DNA from: an uncultured delta proteobacterium | Lineage (GTDB): Bacteria; Myxococcota; Myxococcia; SLRQ01 | DNA length: 64,000 nucleotides | Direction: 5' to 3' | Assembly (NCBI GenBank): GCA_963727485.1 | Contig: CAVSGM010000002.1 | Location: 1,823,779-1,887,778, forward strand | Shown: positions 54,053 to 64,000 of the stretch, one piece after another | Position numbering within the stretch: the first letter of the stretch is position 1 | Layout of the letters: each line of letters opens with the position of its first letter | Position numbers and translations under genes: made by a program | The notes under the pieces: model-generated | Databases searched by the model: none | Told to the model about the DNA's origin: nothing | Seen by the model: only the letters and a program-made list of their open reading frames with translations

Positions 54053-54748
54053 ATGACGAAGTCGGGGCAGGTCCTAAGCACGTCGATCGTCGTGGTCGTC
54101 GTCGTTGGGCTCGCTGCGGCAGGGTCTTGGGCCCAACATCGCCACATCCAAAGGCAGGCAGCTTAGAAGCGCCTTCAGACGTTCCGGGAACAGGAGGCAC
54201 ACAGTGAAGTCGAGACTAACCTGAAGAAACTCTTCGTGGATGAAAAAGAGTACTTCCAGGCACACGACCGCTGGAGCCCTGATTTCTCAACTATCGGATT
54301 CAATCCTTAGCGTGGGAACCTCTACTCGTACTTTCTAGCAGTTAGTGGCCCTACAGATCTAAGGACAACGGGGAAGGATGATGCGCCTCCACATGTCGTG
54401 GTGATCTCGGCAGATCGGTGGGACGTGGTGGACTCGGTGGATGTATATGCGAGGCATGACGCACCAACGGATCTGCGGCTGGCTGGCTGCCCAACCCGTC
54501 TGCGGGCATACAATCACTCCAAGCACCTGCCCGACAAGGTTGAGACACTTAAGGTTGGAGTCTCTGGATCCGGTGGGCCTGCATCTCGGTCCTTCGTGGC
54601 TGTCGCGGTCGGAAACCTCGACCAAGATCCAACTCTGGACTGCTGGTCCATCTCCAGCGCCGATAGGGTTGGACCCAATGACTACGAAAACCCGGGTCCG
54701 ATTCCAGCGGGGATGCCCTGGATGGATCAGGACGACGTGGACGAGTGA
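54053..54748 (+). pseudogene. type IV pilin-like gene (Myxococcus PilA-like globular domain) with two in-frame TAG codons, possibly sequencing errors
   Basis: SD AAGGAG; hydrophobic N-terminus; SEVETNLKKLF..EK.YF...DRWS..F..IGFNP*RGNLYSY and GNLDQD.T.D.W.I resemble PilA; TAG at 54164 and 54308. Confidence 0.65.
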
Positions 54749-54941
54749 TGCGTGCTCGACGCGCCCTCTGTACCAACGTGAGTGAAACAGCTCCAGCGCC
54801 GTCGTCAGGCCGCCCAGGTGCGCGGATAGTTCCGGAAACGAGTATAGCTAACAGGTTGGATTAGCAGCGGTTTTCAATGTCTGATAATATCTCTTATGTC
54901 TACTCCGACCATGTCGGAGCGCTGGGATATGCTTTACTTGG

Positions 54942-55787
54942 ATGCGCGGGCCTAGTGACTTTCCTCCTCCCCTGAACGAGACCTTCCGTCAGGACGTCCT
55001 GAAGGTCTTGGCGACGCTCACTCCTCGGGAAGAGTTCCTGATGAGAGGCCGGCTCGGGGTTGATCCCCGATTCCCGTCCGCCGAGGACCTCGCGGAGCAC
55101 ATGGGTCTCTCGGTCGCGGAGCTCGACGACGTCTACGCCTCGGCCGTAGCGAAGCTGAGGCATCCTTTGCGTTGGCGTCGCGTGGATGCGCGATGGCGGC
55201 AGTATGCGCGCGACATCTTTGCGGATTGGCTCATCACGGACGAGGCCGACGCCGAACCCCCATCTGACCCTCGGTCTGACGAGGAGCGTCTAGAGCGGGT
55301 GCAACCCGTCTTGGCGACCATAGAGAGGGTCACGCCGGAGCTCTTGGCACACCTGAAGGAGTGCAATGACGACCTCGAGATGATCCCGCCACCAGTCGTC
55401 GAGCAGTTGGTTGCCGAACTCCTCGCCGGAAATGGTTGGCACCACGTGGAGGTTGTGGCGCGGAATGCCGAAACCTCCGCGGATATCCTCGCAGTGCGCC
55501 GAGATGCCTTGGGTATTGAGACCACCTACTTCGTTGAGGTCAAGCGATGGAAGGACAAGGTCGGCATCGAAGTGATCAACCAGGTCGTCGGAGCGATGGA
55601 GCTTGAGCAGACCCGTTTTGGGTGGAACATGGGCCTCGTGGTGACCGTGGCTGGGGCCAAGCGCTTCCGCAAGATCACTCCGGAGGAACTCCGGCTCAAA
55701 CACGTCCACGTCCGGGAAAAGCGGCACATTGTGTCATTGCTGGGAACCTACCGGCCCACCCCGTCCGGCCTGTGGCTTCCAGACTGA
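54942..55787 (+). CDS. Mrr-like PD-(D/E)xK restriction endonuclease with N-terminal sigma70 region-4-like domain
   Basis: VLATLTPREEFLMRGRLG...AKLRHP; EQLVAELL...G, ADILA, FVEVKRWKDKVGIEVINQVVG, GLVVT. Confidence 0.75.
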   Translation: MRGPSDFPPPLNETFRQDVLKVLATLTPREEFLMRGRLGVDPRFPSAEDLAEHMGLSVAELDDVYASAVAKLRHPLRWRRVDARWRQYARDIFADWLITDEADAEPPSDPRSDEERLERVQPVLATIERVTPELLAHLKECNDDLEMIPPPVVEQLVAELLAGNGWHHVEVVARNAETSADILAVRRDALGIETTYFVEVKRWKDKVGIEVINQVVGAMELEQTRFGWNMGLVVTVAGAKRFRKITPEELRLKHVHVREKRHIVSLLGTYRPTPSGLWLPD

Positions 55788-55944
55788 GTTGCCGGTCCTC
55801 GAGGGGTCGCCGCGCGACCCCGGGGGCCTGCGCCTGGGCGCCGGAGGCGTCCGGGCCAGTCGCGCCTCGCTCCGGGAGCTGCCACCAGAGGTCACGCTTG
55901 CCTCGGTCCCTGCGGTCGTCTAGGGTCCGGTCTCGTAGATTGTT

Positions 55945-56259
55945 GTGAACTTCTTGTTAGCGGGGATCCCCATGTCCGTCCTCGACCGTGCCATCTCGCT
56001 GTCCGTCAGTGTGCAGAGCGACCAGGCCGTCTGGGCACAGGAGCAGGTCGGGCACGGTCCTGGTCAGTGGGCAAAGAACCTCTCGCAGGTCTTCCGGCGC
56101 GGGCTCACCGTGCTCTGGCGCTATGGGGACGTGGCGGAGGACGTCAGGGCGGCTCTCGAGGCCGACCGACAGGCCCTCGGCCTCAATCCCTACGCCTACG
56201 CCCAGCACGTCTTCACGGCCTACGCCGAGCAGCTCCCCAAGGGGAAGCGGAAGCGCTAG
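55945..56259 (+). CDS. hypothetical protein
   Basis: ORF with plausible composition; stop overlaps the convergent ORF. Confidence 0.4.
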   Translation: MNFLLAGIPMSVLDRAISLSVSVQSDQAVWAQEQVGHGPGQWAKNLSQVFRRGLTVLWRYGDVAEDVRAALEADRQALGLNPYAYAQHVFTAYAEQLPKGKRKR

Positions 56260-56543
56260 AGGAAGATGACGACCCGGGGTTCGAGTTCGATGGCAGTCGT
56301 CGGCTCGATCTCCGTGCCTGGTGCAGACGTTTGCAGGACCTCGGCCACCATAGCGTGCGCCTTGGCCGGTTTCGTCGAGTAGCCTGCCAGTGCCTTGTCG
56401 AGGAGCTGGCGCTGATGATCGTCCAGGTCCCGGTGGTTCAGGATGTCCTCGACGAGCTCGGCGACGGCCTGGGCGGCCTCCGCTTTGCGTAGGGATTCCT
56501 GGATGTCCTTGTTGCGTGCTTCAAAATCGGTACGTGTTGTCAT
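56256..56543 (-). CDS. hypothetical helical protein
   Basis: SD GAGGAG before ATG 56543; 95 aa. Confidence 0.5.
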   Translation of the reverse strand: MTTRTDFEARNKDIQESLRKAEAAQAVAELVEDILNHRDLDDHQRQLLDKALAGYSTKPAKAHAMVAEVLQTSAPGTEIEPTTAIELEPRVVIFL

Positions 56544-56816
56544 TGAGTTCTCCTCAGCATGGGTGGAACCGGCCTCGCTCTGGACGGCCGGCTGGGCGGC
56601 CATCCGCCGATATCCATTAGGTTGCTACTCTCGGGAGACTTCTGGCGGGGGAGCAGCTGGTCGGGTCTTGCCAAATGGGGGTTCGTACTTACGCTTGATC
56701 AGCGACAATTGCTTCTGCCGGTCGCATTGAGTCACCCGTTTTGCTACCGGGGACTCGAACGTTGCCTCATCTAAACTGCTACCCGGGAACGCCCGGGAGG
56801 ACAGATGAGGAGAGGC

Positions 56817-57635
56817 ATGAGCAAGGACGCGCGCAACGAGCTGGTCAGCGCCATCGCTCGTCGATACCAGGTGTCAGGACGCAAAGAGAAAACGCGAATC
56901 CTGGACGAGTTCGTCGCTGTCACCGGGTACCACCGGAAGCACGCTCTGCGCGTGCTAAACACAGGTATGGCAGAGAAGAACGGCAAGCCAACCGGGACGC
57001 GCGCCAGGATCTACGACGAGGCCGTCCGTGAAGCGCTCGTGATCCTCTGGGAGGCTGGCGACAGGATGTGTGGCAAGCGTCTCAAAGCAGCCCTGCCCGG
57101 GCTGCTGCGAGGCCTGGAACGCTACCATCACCTGTCGGTCGACCCGAGTGTGCGCGAGAAGTTGCTCGCCATGAGCGCGGCGACGATCGACCGAGCACTG
57201 TCGCCGGCACGGCGTGGTGCGAAGGGAGGCGCGCGAAGGCGAAGGGCGAACAACCACGTCATCAAACGCCAGATCCCAGTCCGCACGTTCGCAGACTGGA
57301 GTGAAGATGAGCCCGGCTACTTCGAGGCTGATTTCGTGGTTCATGCGGGCGGCTCTCTTCGAGGCTCTCCGATCCACTCCTTTGTGCTGACCGATGTCTG
57401 CTCGGGGTGGACGGAGATGGTGCCCCTCATCGTCAGAGAACAGTCGCTTGTGGTGGAGGCGCTGCGCATTCTGCGGCGCCAACTGCCCGTGCCCATGCTC
57501 GGGTTCGACACCGACAACGACGGCGCATTCATGAATGAAACCGTGCTCTCGTACTGCAAGGACGAGGGCATTACTCAAACGCGTTCGCGCGCATACCACA
57601 AGAACGACCAGGCGTGGAGCGAACAGAAGAACGGC
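56817..57635 (+). pseudogene. rve-type (ISNCY-like) transposase truncated by IS21
   Basis: EKTRILDEFVAVTGYHRKHALR, PGYFEADFVVH, FDTDND, TRSRAYHKNDQAWSEQKNG, then the IS21 IR begins at 57636. Confidence 0.85.
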
Positions 57636-57732
57636 TGTTTGCAACGCTCGGAAACTTAGCCAGGGCAACGGTCGGAAACTTAGCCACCCCGAGCCGGTTT
57701 GAGATTGAGGGTACATCACGCGGTAGGTCACC

Positions 57733-58500
57733 TTAGGCGGACTTCTTGGCCTTGGTCCGGCCCTGCTTGCGGGTGCGGTAGGACTCGCCCTTGGTCGTGA
57801 GGATCTCGGCGTGGTGGACGAGGCGGTCGAGCAGGGCGGTGGTGAGCTTCTCGCTGCCGAAGACCTGCACCCACTCGCCGAAGGACAGGTTGGTGGTGAC
57901 GATCGTCGAGCGGCGCTCGTAGCGGTCGGACAACAGATTGAAGAGCAGCTCGCCGCCGGCGCGGTCGAAGGGCACGAAGCCGAGCTCGTCGACGATGAGG
58001 AGGTCGACGCGCTGGTAGCGCCGATGGAGCCGCGAGAGCTCGCGGTCGTCGCGGGCCTCGAGGAGGCTACGGACGAGGTCGGCGGCGCGGGTGAAGGCTA
58101 CGCGCTTGCGGCGCCGCGCGGCCTCGACGCCCAGGGCGATGGCGAGGTGGGTCTTGCCGGTGCCGATGGGCCCGGCGATGACGACGTCCTCGGCGGCGTC
58201 GACGTAGTCGCAGGCGGCGAGCGCGGCGACCTTGGTGCGGGCGACGCCCTTGAGGGCATCCCAGTCGAGCTGGTCGAGGGTCTTGATCTCGGGGAAGTGG
58301 GCCTCGCGCAGGCGCCGGCGGCTGACGGCGTCGCGCCGGCCGATGACCTCGGCCTCGAGGAGCTCGCGCAGGTAGTCCTCGTAGGTCCAGCCGCCGTCGG
58401 CCGCCTGACGCGCGAGTGGAGCGTAGTCGCGCAGGAAGCGAGGGAGCTTGAGGTCCCGGCAGAAGGCGGTGATGACCGCGTCACGGGCGGGGTCACTCAT
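57733..58500 (-). CDS. istB: IS21 helper ATPase
   Basis: [35 protein letters not shown]. Confidence 0.95.
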   Translation of the reverse strand: MSDPARDAVITAFCRDLKLPRFLRDYAPLARQAADGGWTYEDYLRELLEAEVIGRRDAVSRRRLREAHFPEIKTLDQLDWDALKGVARTKVAALAACDYVDAAEDVVIAGPIGTGKTHLAIALGVEAARRRKRVAFTRAADLVRSLLEARDDRELSRLHRRYQRVDLLIVDELGFVPFDRAGGELLFNLLSDRYERRSTIVTTNLSFGEWVQVFGSEKLTTALLDRLVHHAEILTTKGESYRTRKQGRTKAKKSA

Positions 58501-59968
58501 GGCCGCCTCCCGCGAGCAGGCGGTCGAAGTCGGTGGCGCGCGCCGACTCGACGTGGTGGGCGGCGAGGAGCTCGGGCACCGGATTCGCCGCGGGCGTAGC
58601 GGCGGCGGGCGGCACCATCGCGACGAGGTCGAGACGGTCACGTCGCAGCGCCTCGCGCACCGCAACGGCGACAGGCGCCTCGCCGTGGTCGACCACGGCG
58701 GCGAGGACCCGGGCGAAAGCCCGGGCCCCGTCGGCGGGGCCGTGGGTGTCGACGAGGAGACGCCACAGGGTGTCGTAGGGCGCCCCGAGCTCGGCGAGGA
58801 GCTCCGGGGCGACCTGCCTGACCGCCTGGGGCTTGTGGGCGAGCTCGCGGAGATAGTGCCGGTAGCGGATCGACTGCTCGCCGAAGCCGCGGCGGGGATG
58901 GGTGACGACCTCGCCGCGGCAGACGAGACGCACGTCCTCGGGCCCGACGAAGGCGGTGGCGTCGAGGTGCGCCCAGTGGCTGGGGACGGAGTACCAGGCC
59001 GTCTCGATGCGGACCCGCGCCGAGCTGCTCACCGAGACCGGCACGATTCTGCGGGCCTCGAAAGGCTCCGGGAGGCGGAGGAAGCGAGGCCGCTCCTCCT
59101 CGAAGCGCTCGGCGACCGTGCGTCCCTGGGCGTCCTTGCGCCGGGGCATGTCGGCGTCGAGACGCGCGAGGAGCGCCGTGGAGATCTCGCGCAGCGAGGC
59201 GCCCTGCGGGATTGGGGTGAGGTGCTGCAGGCGGATGCCCTTGCCGCGGGCCTCGACGCCGCCCTTGTCGTGGCCGGTGCCGGGCCGGGCGAAGCACGGC
59301 TCGAACAGGTAGTGGCTCACCAGCGCCTGGAAGCGCGCGGTGAGCTCGCGCTTGGGCAGGACGACCTTGGCCACCGCCGGCTTGAGATTGTCGTAGATCT
59401 CCCTCAGGGGCACGCCGCCGAAGTGGGCGAAGGCGCGGACGTGGCCATCGAGGAAGCTGACCTGGTCGCAGCGGTCGTAGAGCCAGGCGAAGTCGCGGCC
59501 GGAGTACATCAGCCGCATCAGGAACATCCACGCCTTGCGGCGCCCGTCGCCGACGTCGACGACGACCTCGAAGAAGTCGACCTGCGCCTCATCGCCGGGC
59601 CGGTGGACCAGCGGGACGAAGACCTCGGCCCGCCGCCGCCGGCGCTCGCGGAGGTAGTCGCGGACGGTGGTGATGCCGACCTCGAAGCCCTCGTCGAGGA
59701 GCTGGCGGTGGATACGGCTGCCGGTGAGCCGCTGCTTGGGCGTCACCCGGTCGCGCCACTCGAGGATCAGGTCCTCGATTCGGCCTCGGACCCGGTCGCG
59801 CACCGGCGTCGGACGCGGCCTGGTCTCGACGCGCCGGGGCTCGCTCTGGTCCAGGTACTTGCGGACCGTGTTTCGGCTGACGCCCATCTCGAGGGCGACC
59901 TGCCGCTGGCTACGCCCCTCGACAAGAACCTTGTGTCGGATTACGTGCACCTCTGCCACCTCCAGCAT
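58493..59968 (-). CDS. istA: IS21 transposase
   Basis: [35 protein letters not shown]. Confidence 0.95.
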   Translation of the reverse strand: MLEVAEVHVIRHKVLVEGRSQRQVALEMGVSRNTVRKYLDQSEPRRVETRPRPTPVRDRVRGRIEDLILEWRDRVTPKQRLTGSRIHRQLLDEGFEVGITTVRDYLRERRRRRAEVFVPLVHRPGDEAQVDFFEVVVDVGDGRRKAWMFLMRLMYSGRDFAWLYDRCDQVSFLDGHVRAFAHFGGVPLREIYDNLKPAVAKVVLPKRELTARFQALVSHYLFEPCFARPGTGHDKGGVEARGKGIRLQHLTPIPQGASLREISTALLARLDADMPRRKDAQGRTVAERFEEERPRFLRLPEPFEARRIVPVSVSSSARVRIETAWYSVPSHWAHLDATAFVGPEDVRLVCRGEVVTHPRRGFGEQSIRYRHYLRELAHKPQAVRQVAPELLAELGAPYDTLWRLLVDTHGPADGARAFARVLAAVVDHGEAPVAVAVREALRRDRLDLVAMVPPAAATPAANPVPELLAAHHVESARATDFDRLLAGGGHE

Positions 59969-60080
59969 CCTCTCCTCCGGGGCCTGGGTCTTCGACAAAC
60001 ACAGGCTTACCGGATGCGGGGGGCTGGGGGTGGCTCAGTTTCTGAGCGTTGGATGGCTTAGAATCCTAGCGGTGCGAACA

Positions 60081-60319
60081 CATGGCAGCGGATCCGGATT
60101 CTCGCTGCACAGATGGACGATATGGGCGTCAAGCTCGAAAGGACACCTACTGGGTTGGCTCCAAGAAAGCCACCGAGCGGCTGGACATGGCATCACGAAT
60201 CGCAACCGGGGACCATGAGGCTCGTGCCAAGCGCTGAGCACACGCCGGGATCACCTTTCTGGCGAGTTCTTCACCCAAATTCGGGCGGGCGTGGTGGCTA
60301 CTCGCTGTGGGGGAAGTAA
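60081..60319 (+). pseudogene. orphan toxin tip, WHH-type HNH/EndoVII nuclease, 5'-truncated by IS21
   Basis: GWTWHH....GTMRLVP...H.......LHP...GG...WG. Confidence 0.8.
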
Positions 60320-60324
60320 CTGGT

Positions 60325-60606
60325 ATGGATACGCTCTTGAGTGTAGCGGGCTCACTTGGAGCCTACGATGATGAGAAGACCATATATGCGGTGCCGCCGT
60401 GGACCCCGAGTTCCGTCGCGGTTGTGGCCTTCGAACCACCCGGAGGTGGGCTGCCCAAGGAAGCGGTCGAGATCGGTGCGACGTACTTCATCGAAATCTT
60501 CATTGCCCAGGAGTTTCTAGCCGGATGGCGTCAGCTTGAGGGGCGTATGGCTACGGAAGAGGAGGCATGTGAGCGACTTATCCTCTACGCAGTTAATGAT
60601 GCATGA
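60325..60606 (+). CDS. putative immunity protein for the WHH tip
   Basis: Small acidic ORF directly after the toxin stop, ending RLILYAVNDA; assignment is positional. Confidence 0.6.
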   Translation: MDTLLSVAGSLGAYDDEKTIYAVPPWTPSSVAVVAFEPPGGGLPKEAVEIGATYFIEIFIAQEFLAGWRQLEGRMATEEEACERLILYAVNDA

Positions 60607-60679
60607 ATCGGGTGCCCATCCTGCCTGAGCGTCCTCTGTCCGCGGGTAGCTGGTACCTTCCTGCGGGACGCTTGTCTAC

Positions 60680-61405
60680 AACCTGACGACGGCGTGCCGG
60701 GCGGACGCGCAGCACCCGGATAGCTGCCAGGGGAACTCGGACCACCTGCGGCGCCTCTACTGGGACGACGCGGACCGGCTTAAGCGCGGTGGTGGACACC
60801 CAGGGTCGGCGGGTGACGCGGTTCGTGTACGACGCCGGGGGGAACCGGGTGATCAAGGAGGGTCACCTGGGGACCAGCATCACCGTGGGCCCGTACTTCA
60901 ACCTGCGGCGGAACCGGCTGGCGAGCGTGCACGTGATGGTGGGCGCGACGCGGATCGCGACGCACCTCGAGGGGGTCCACGGGTGGGGGGCGCAGGGCCC
61001 GACGGCGCACCCAGGGTCAGGCGGGGGCGTGCCGGGGCAGGGCACCGGTCCCCAGAACACCAACGGCTGCGACCCGAGCAACTACCAGCCGCAGAAGTGC
61101 CCCATCGACGCGAGCGGGAGCCCGATCGCGGTGAGGGGCGGCGACGAGGTGGGCCGGCCGCACACGTACTTCTACCACCCGGACCACCTGGGCTCGACGA
61201 GCTGGGTGACGGACGAGGCGGGGCGGGTGCGGGAGCACGTGTTGTACTTCCCGTACGGGTCGGTGTGGCGGGACGCGAAGAACGACGCGGAGGGGTCGCC
61301 GCCGCGGACGCAGGCGCTGCTGTTCACAGGGAAGGAGTACGACCAGGAGACGGGGTACTACTACTTCGGCGCGAGGTACTACGACCCGCAGGTGGCGCGG
61401 TGGCT
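60680..61405 (+). repeat. near-identical direct repeat of Rhs core 50445-51169
   Basis: Sequences align from AACCTGACGACGGCG to GCGCGGTGGCT, mostly third-position differences. Confidence 0.95.
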
Positions 61406-62188
61406 AGCACGGACCCTTTGCCGATCGGCAAGGGGTCCGACGGGATCCAGCTATCGCTCTACGCCTACGTGAGTTGGAGTCCGGTGGCCCTTCTGGATCC
61501 GGACGGCCTCGACGGTGAAGACCCAGGTGTCAAGGAAGCCAAGCAGGCCAGGGGCTACCTGGCCAGGAACGCCAAGCAAGCGCTCAAGGAGGCCGGTCAG
61601 GTCGCTGATGTCGGATGTACGCTGATCAGGCCGTGCAGTGCCGTCGAACTCGCGAGTGGTACCACCCTGACGGGGAAGCCGCTCTCCACGCGAGAGCGGC
61701 TCGTGGGAGTCGCCTGGCTCGGTGCTAGCCTCATCATCCCAAAGCTCGGATCCGCCAAGAAGGCGGCGAAGGCCGACAGTTGGTACCGTAGGCTTGGGCG
61801 TTGGCTCAAGTTCTGGAAGCGCGGAAAGAAGGTTGAACGAGACGCAGCAGAGGCAGGGAGGGTAGCCAACGTCATCGGCAGCCTTCGAGAAAAGGTGGTG
61901 GCAGAGCTTACCGGGGGGAAGGTCTCCCACAAGTCAATCCTGACCCCGCACGGCAAACTTGATGTGGACGTCGAGGACCCGCTAGGTAGCCTGATTGAAG
62001 TCGGTGGGCCGGGCAAGATCATGAAGAGGAGCAGGTGGGGTACTCAACTAAAGAAGCTCACATGGGCTGCCGAACAGCGCGGTGTGACTGCGCAGGTCTA
62101 CCTCGAAAACGGTACTCCTGACTGGGTCATCGAGAAGGCCCAAGAGTGGGTTGGGGTGGGGAATGTGCACGTATTCAACATGCCATGA
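60680..62188 (+). pseudogene. orphan Rhs core plus alternative C-terminal toxin (REase-fold-like)
   Basis: SPVALLDPDGL; pre-toxin-like GTTLTGKPLSTRER; G..RE..V...DVD......IEVGGPGK; frame break at 61404-61407. Confidence 0.78.
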
Positions 62189-62822
62189 TGCGCAGATGGC
62201 ATGATGACAAGAGCAACGCAATGCATTGTTTCCGGGTAGTTCTTTTTGAGAGCGAGCGTCGTGACTTCACGCTGACAAGTCTAAGGGTAGATCTGGACGC
62301 CGCTGGTCTCTCCCTGGTGCAACCGAACTCGGAGCGGGTGGTGGTGGAGCCAACTTCAGGCCACCGGCTCGTATGTAGCAGCGATGACCTCAGGGCTTCC
62401 CTCGGTCTTGTGACTAGATCAGGATCATCACATGGACGGGAGCAGGCGTCGAGGTGCCGTGTCGCATAACAGCGTGGGGTATTCTCCGTTCATTCGACCT
62501 CGATGCTTCGGGGCTCGCCGGGCATCGGCGCGCCGAGGAAACCCTTCTTGAGGCTGCTGTCCGGATGATTCAGGTGAGGCTCCGGGAGAGGACGCTTGGC
62601 GGTGGGGGACTCGTGGTCGATACCGACCTTGGTGCCGCCGATGTGGAGTGGCAGGAACTCTTCCTCAATCACAGGATGCCGGAAGGCCACGGGACGCGGT
62701 GGCACCGCCCTGATCTCCTCCTTGTCCCCGCGCGCATGGGCGACTTGATCGCAGATCAGGAGCGGGTCGCAGTTGGAGATGGATACTTGGCCGCGGGCCC
62801 ACGGGCGGCAAGCATGACGTAG
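62185..62822 (+). CDS. putative immunity protein 1 (one base missing near 62415)
   Basis: ATGA overlap with toxin stop; the corrected join LVTEIRIITWTGAGVEVPCR matches paralog LVTELRPILWSDSGVEVPCR. Confidence 0.7.
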
Positions 62823-62937
62823 TCCATGGAATACGGCGCGCGGTTCGGTACAGGCTGGGCGTGCGCCTCAAGAACCAGGTCTCAGCACGGGGTGTATGGG
62901 GCTCAGTGCGGGCCCAATTGGCTTGGAAAGAGAAGCA

Positions 62938-63549
62938 ATGAGGGATAGGTGGGCATTGATCTATGAGGATATCGAGCGCCCGTTCGGGCTTGAGAGCCTA
63001 GCCGCCGAGCTTCAGCCGGCTGGTGTTCGGATAGAACATCCGGAGCGCAATGCCGCTGTGGCCATAGTCTCTCCGAGCTATGGCACAGATGTGTCTCGGC
63101 GCACGCTATCCACGGCTGTACGTTTGGCTACCGAGATCAGCTTTGTCTTTTGGTGGCCAGATGGAATGGACACCTTCTGCAGCATTCATCTCCGTTCCCA
63201 GCTGCGCACGATCGCGATAGGGCTGCCGGATCACACAACCTATCCCGTTCAGGCGCTGGCGCTGGGAAAGACGCTGGCAGCAATGGCCGGAGTGCGCCTT
63301 CGTGAAGGGACGCTGAGGGGGTATGTCTACGATCCCGATGCAGCGTCCGAGGTGGCCGACTGGGACGAGTTGTTCTTCGATGGGCACCTGCCAAGGCGCT
63401 ACGGCAACCTCGGCGAAACGTGGTCTTGGCCTCGTGTCGTCCTCGCGCCATCGGAGATGCGGCCAGTCTTTGAGGGGTTGAAGGTAGTCCATCAACGGGG
63501 CGGCATGGTCGCAGTGGGGCCTTTCGCTCGAAGGTGGCGACGGAAGTAG
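62938..63549 (+). CDS. putative immunity protein 2
   Basis: Follows the toxin/immunity pair; paralog of 37002-37619. Confidence 0.7.
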   Translation: MRDRWALIYEDIERPFGLESLAAELQPAGVRIEHPERNAAVAIVSPSYGTDVSRRTLSTAVRLATEISFVFWWPDGMDTFCSIHLRSQLRTIAIGLPDHTTYPVQALALGKTLAAMAGVRLREGTLRGYVYDPDAASEVADWDELFFDGHLPRRYGNLGETWSWPRVVLAPSEMRPVFEGLKVVHQRGGMVAVGPFARRWRRK

Positions 63550-63681
63550 CGCGGCATGTCGACAGCGTCCAGGCCATCCACCGCGATCAGATACTGTCCA
63601 TCAGCCACACCAGCCGACGCGCACCGGTCGAAGGGCGCCGACGCCGATGTTCCGGAATAGGTAATCGCGCTACAGCCGAAT

Positions 63682-64000
63682 TCGGGCCGGCGACGGCGGC
63701 GCACAGCGGGCCAACGGAGTACCACTTCCAGTACGACGGGGCCTACCGGCTCACCCACGCCACGGGGATCTCCCAGGCGCGGATCGGGGTCACCGACAAG
63801 TACGACGCGACGTACAAGCTACTCGCCGATCCACAACATGGGCGAGAACAAGGTGGTCCGGTCGATCACCTCGACGCTCGGGGGGACGCCGGTCACCGAC
63901 TACCCGAAGCAGACGAACCACGACTGGAAGTACACCTACGACCCGACCCACCCGCACCAGGCGACGCGGATCGGGGACAAGCTGTACCAGTACGACCCCG
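63682..64000 (+). repeat. start of a further orphan Rhs module, repeat of 50122-50439
   Basis: TCGGGCCGGCGACGGCG...TACCACTTCCAGTACGACGGG...CAGTACGACCCCG near-identical to the main Rhs gene; runs off the window. Confidence 0.93.

Larger units (their letters stand above)
57636..60080 (-). mobile_element. IS21-family insertion sequence
   Basis: Ends TGTTTGCAACGCTCGGAAACTTAGCCA and (reverse complement) TGTTCGCACCGCTAGGATTCTAAGCCA with internal repeated motifs; istA-istB; flanks ACGGC/CATGG differ, so no target duplication. Confidence 0.93.

Noticed and set aside
54164..54310. Amber read-through (pyrrolysine or recoding) in the pilin-like gene
   Set aside because: TAG is used as a normal stop elsewhere (e.g. 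2316, 14487, 29480) and no pyl genes are seen; both codons sit in the error-prone CT(G/T)AG context.
50445..61405. Rhs core repeats as a diversity-generating retroelement TR/VR pair
   Set aside because: No reverse transcriptase in the window; differences are mostly synonymous and not adenine-specific.

Overview
Very GC-rich bacterial DNA, probably Myxococcota/deltaproteobacterial (inferred from the lipoprotein repertoire and a PilA-like gene). Bases 1-35.8 kb are mostly core genome: DAHP synthase, aroC, pruA, a permuted aconitase-family enzyme, three PAS histidine kinases and a pentose-phosphate operon (glk-rpiB-tal/pgi-HAD-gnd-zwf-pgl). Embedded at 6.6-11.5 kb is the best candidate for an undescribed system, a compact RiPP-like cluster. 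It has a radical SAM/SPASM enzyme fused to a PqqD/RRE domain and an HPr-kinase-like domain, a second PqqD/RRE with a twin-arginine (Tat) N-terminus, a lipoprotein HExxH peptidase, and a small precursor with a YxxP leader motif and repeated Cys-x-Pro units. From about 35.9 kb to the end is a polymorphic-toxin island: an orphan immunity array, a roughly 11.2-kb lipoprotein-type SpvB/FG-GAP/Rhs toxin with an Ntox30-like tip, and orphan Rhs-tip/immunity modules (WHH nuclease, REase-like). An IS3/IS21/ISNCY patch interrupts this array and carries a pilin-like gene and a sigma70-region-4/Mrr-nuclease fusion. Many genes are broken by single-base errors that cluster at GATC and CTGAG, which suggests methylation-linked long-read miscalls rather than real pseudogenes. 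No rRNA, tRNA or CRISPR array was recognised. All family assignments come from motif reading, not database searches.
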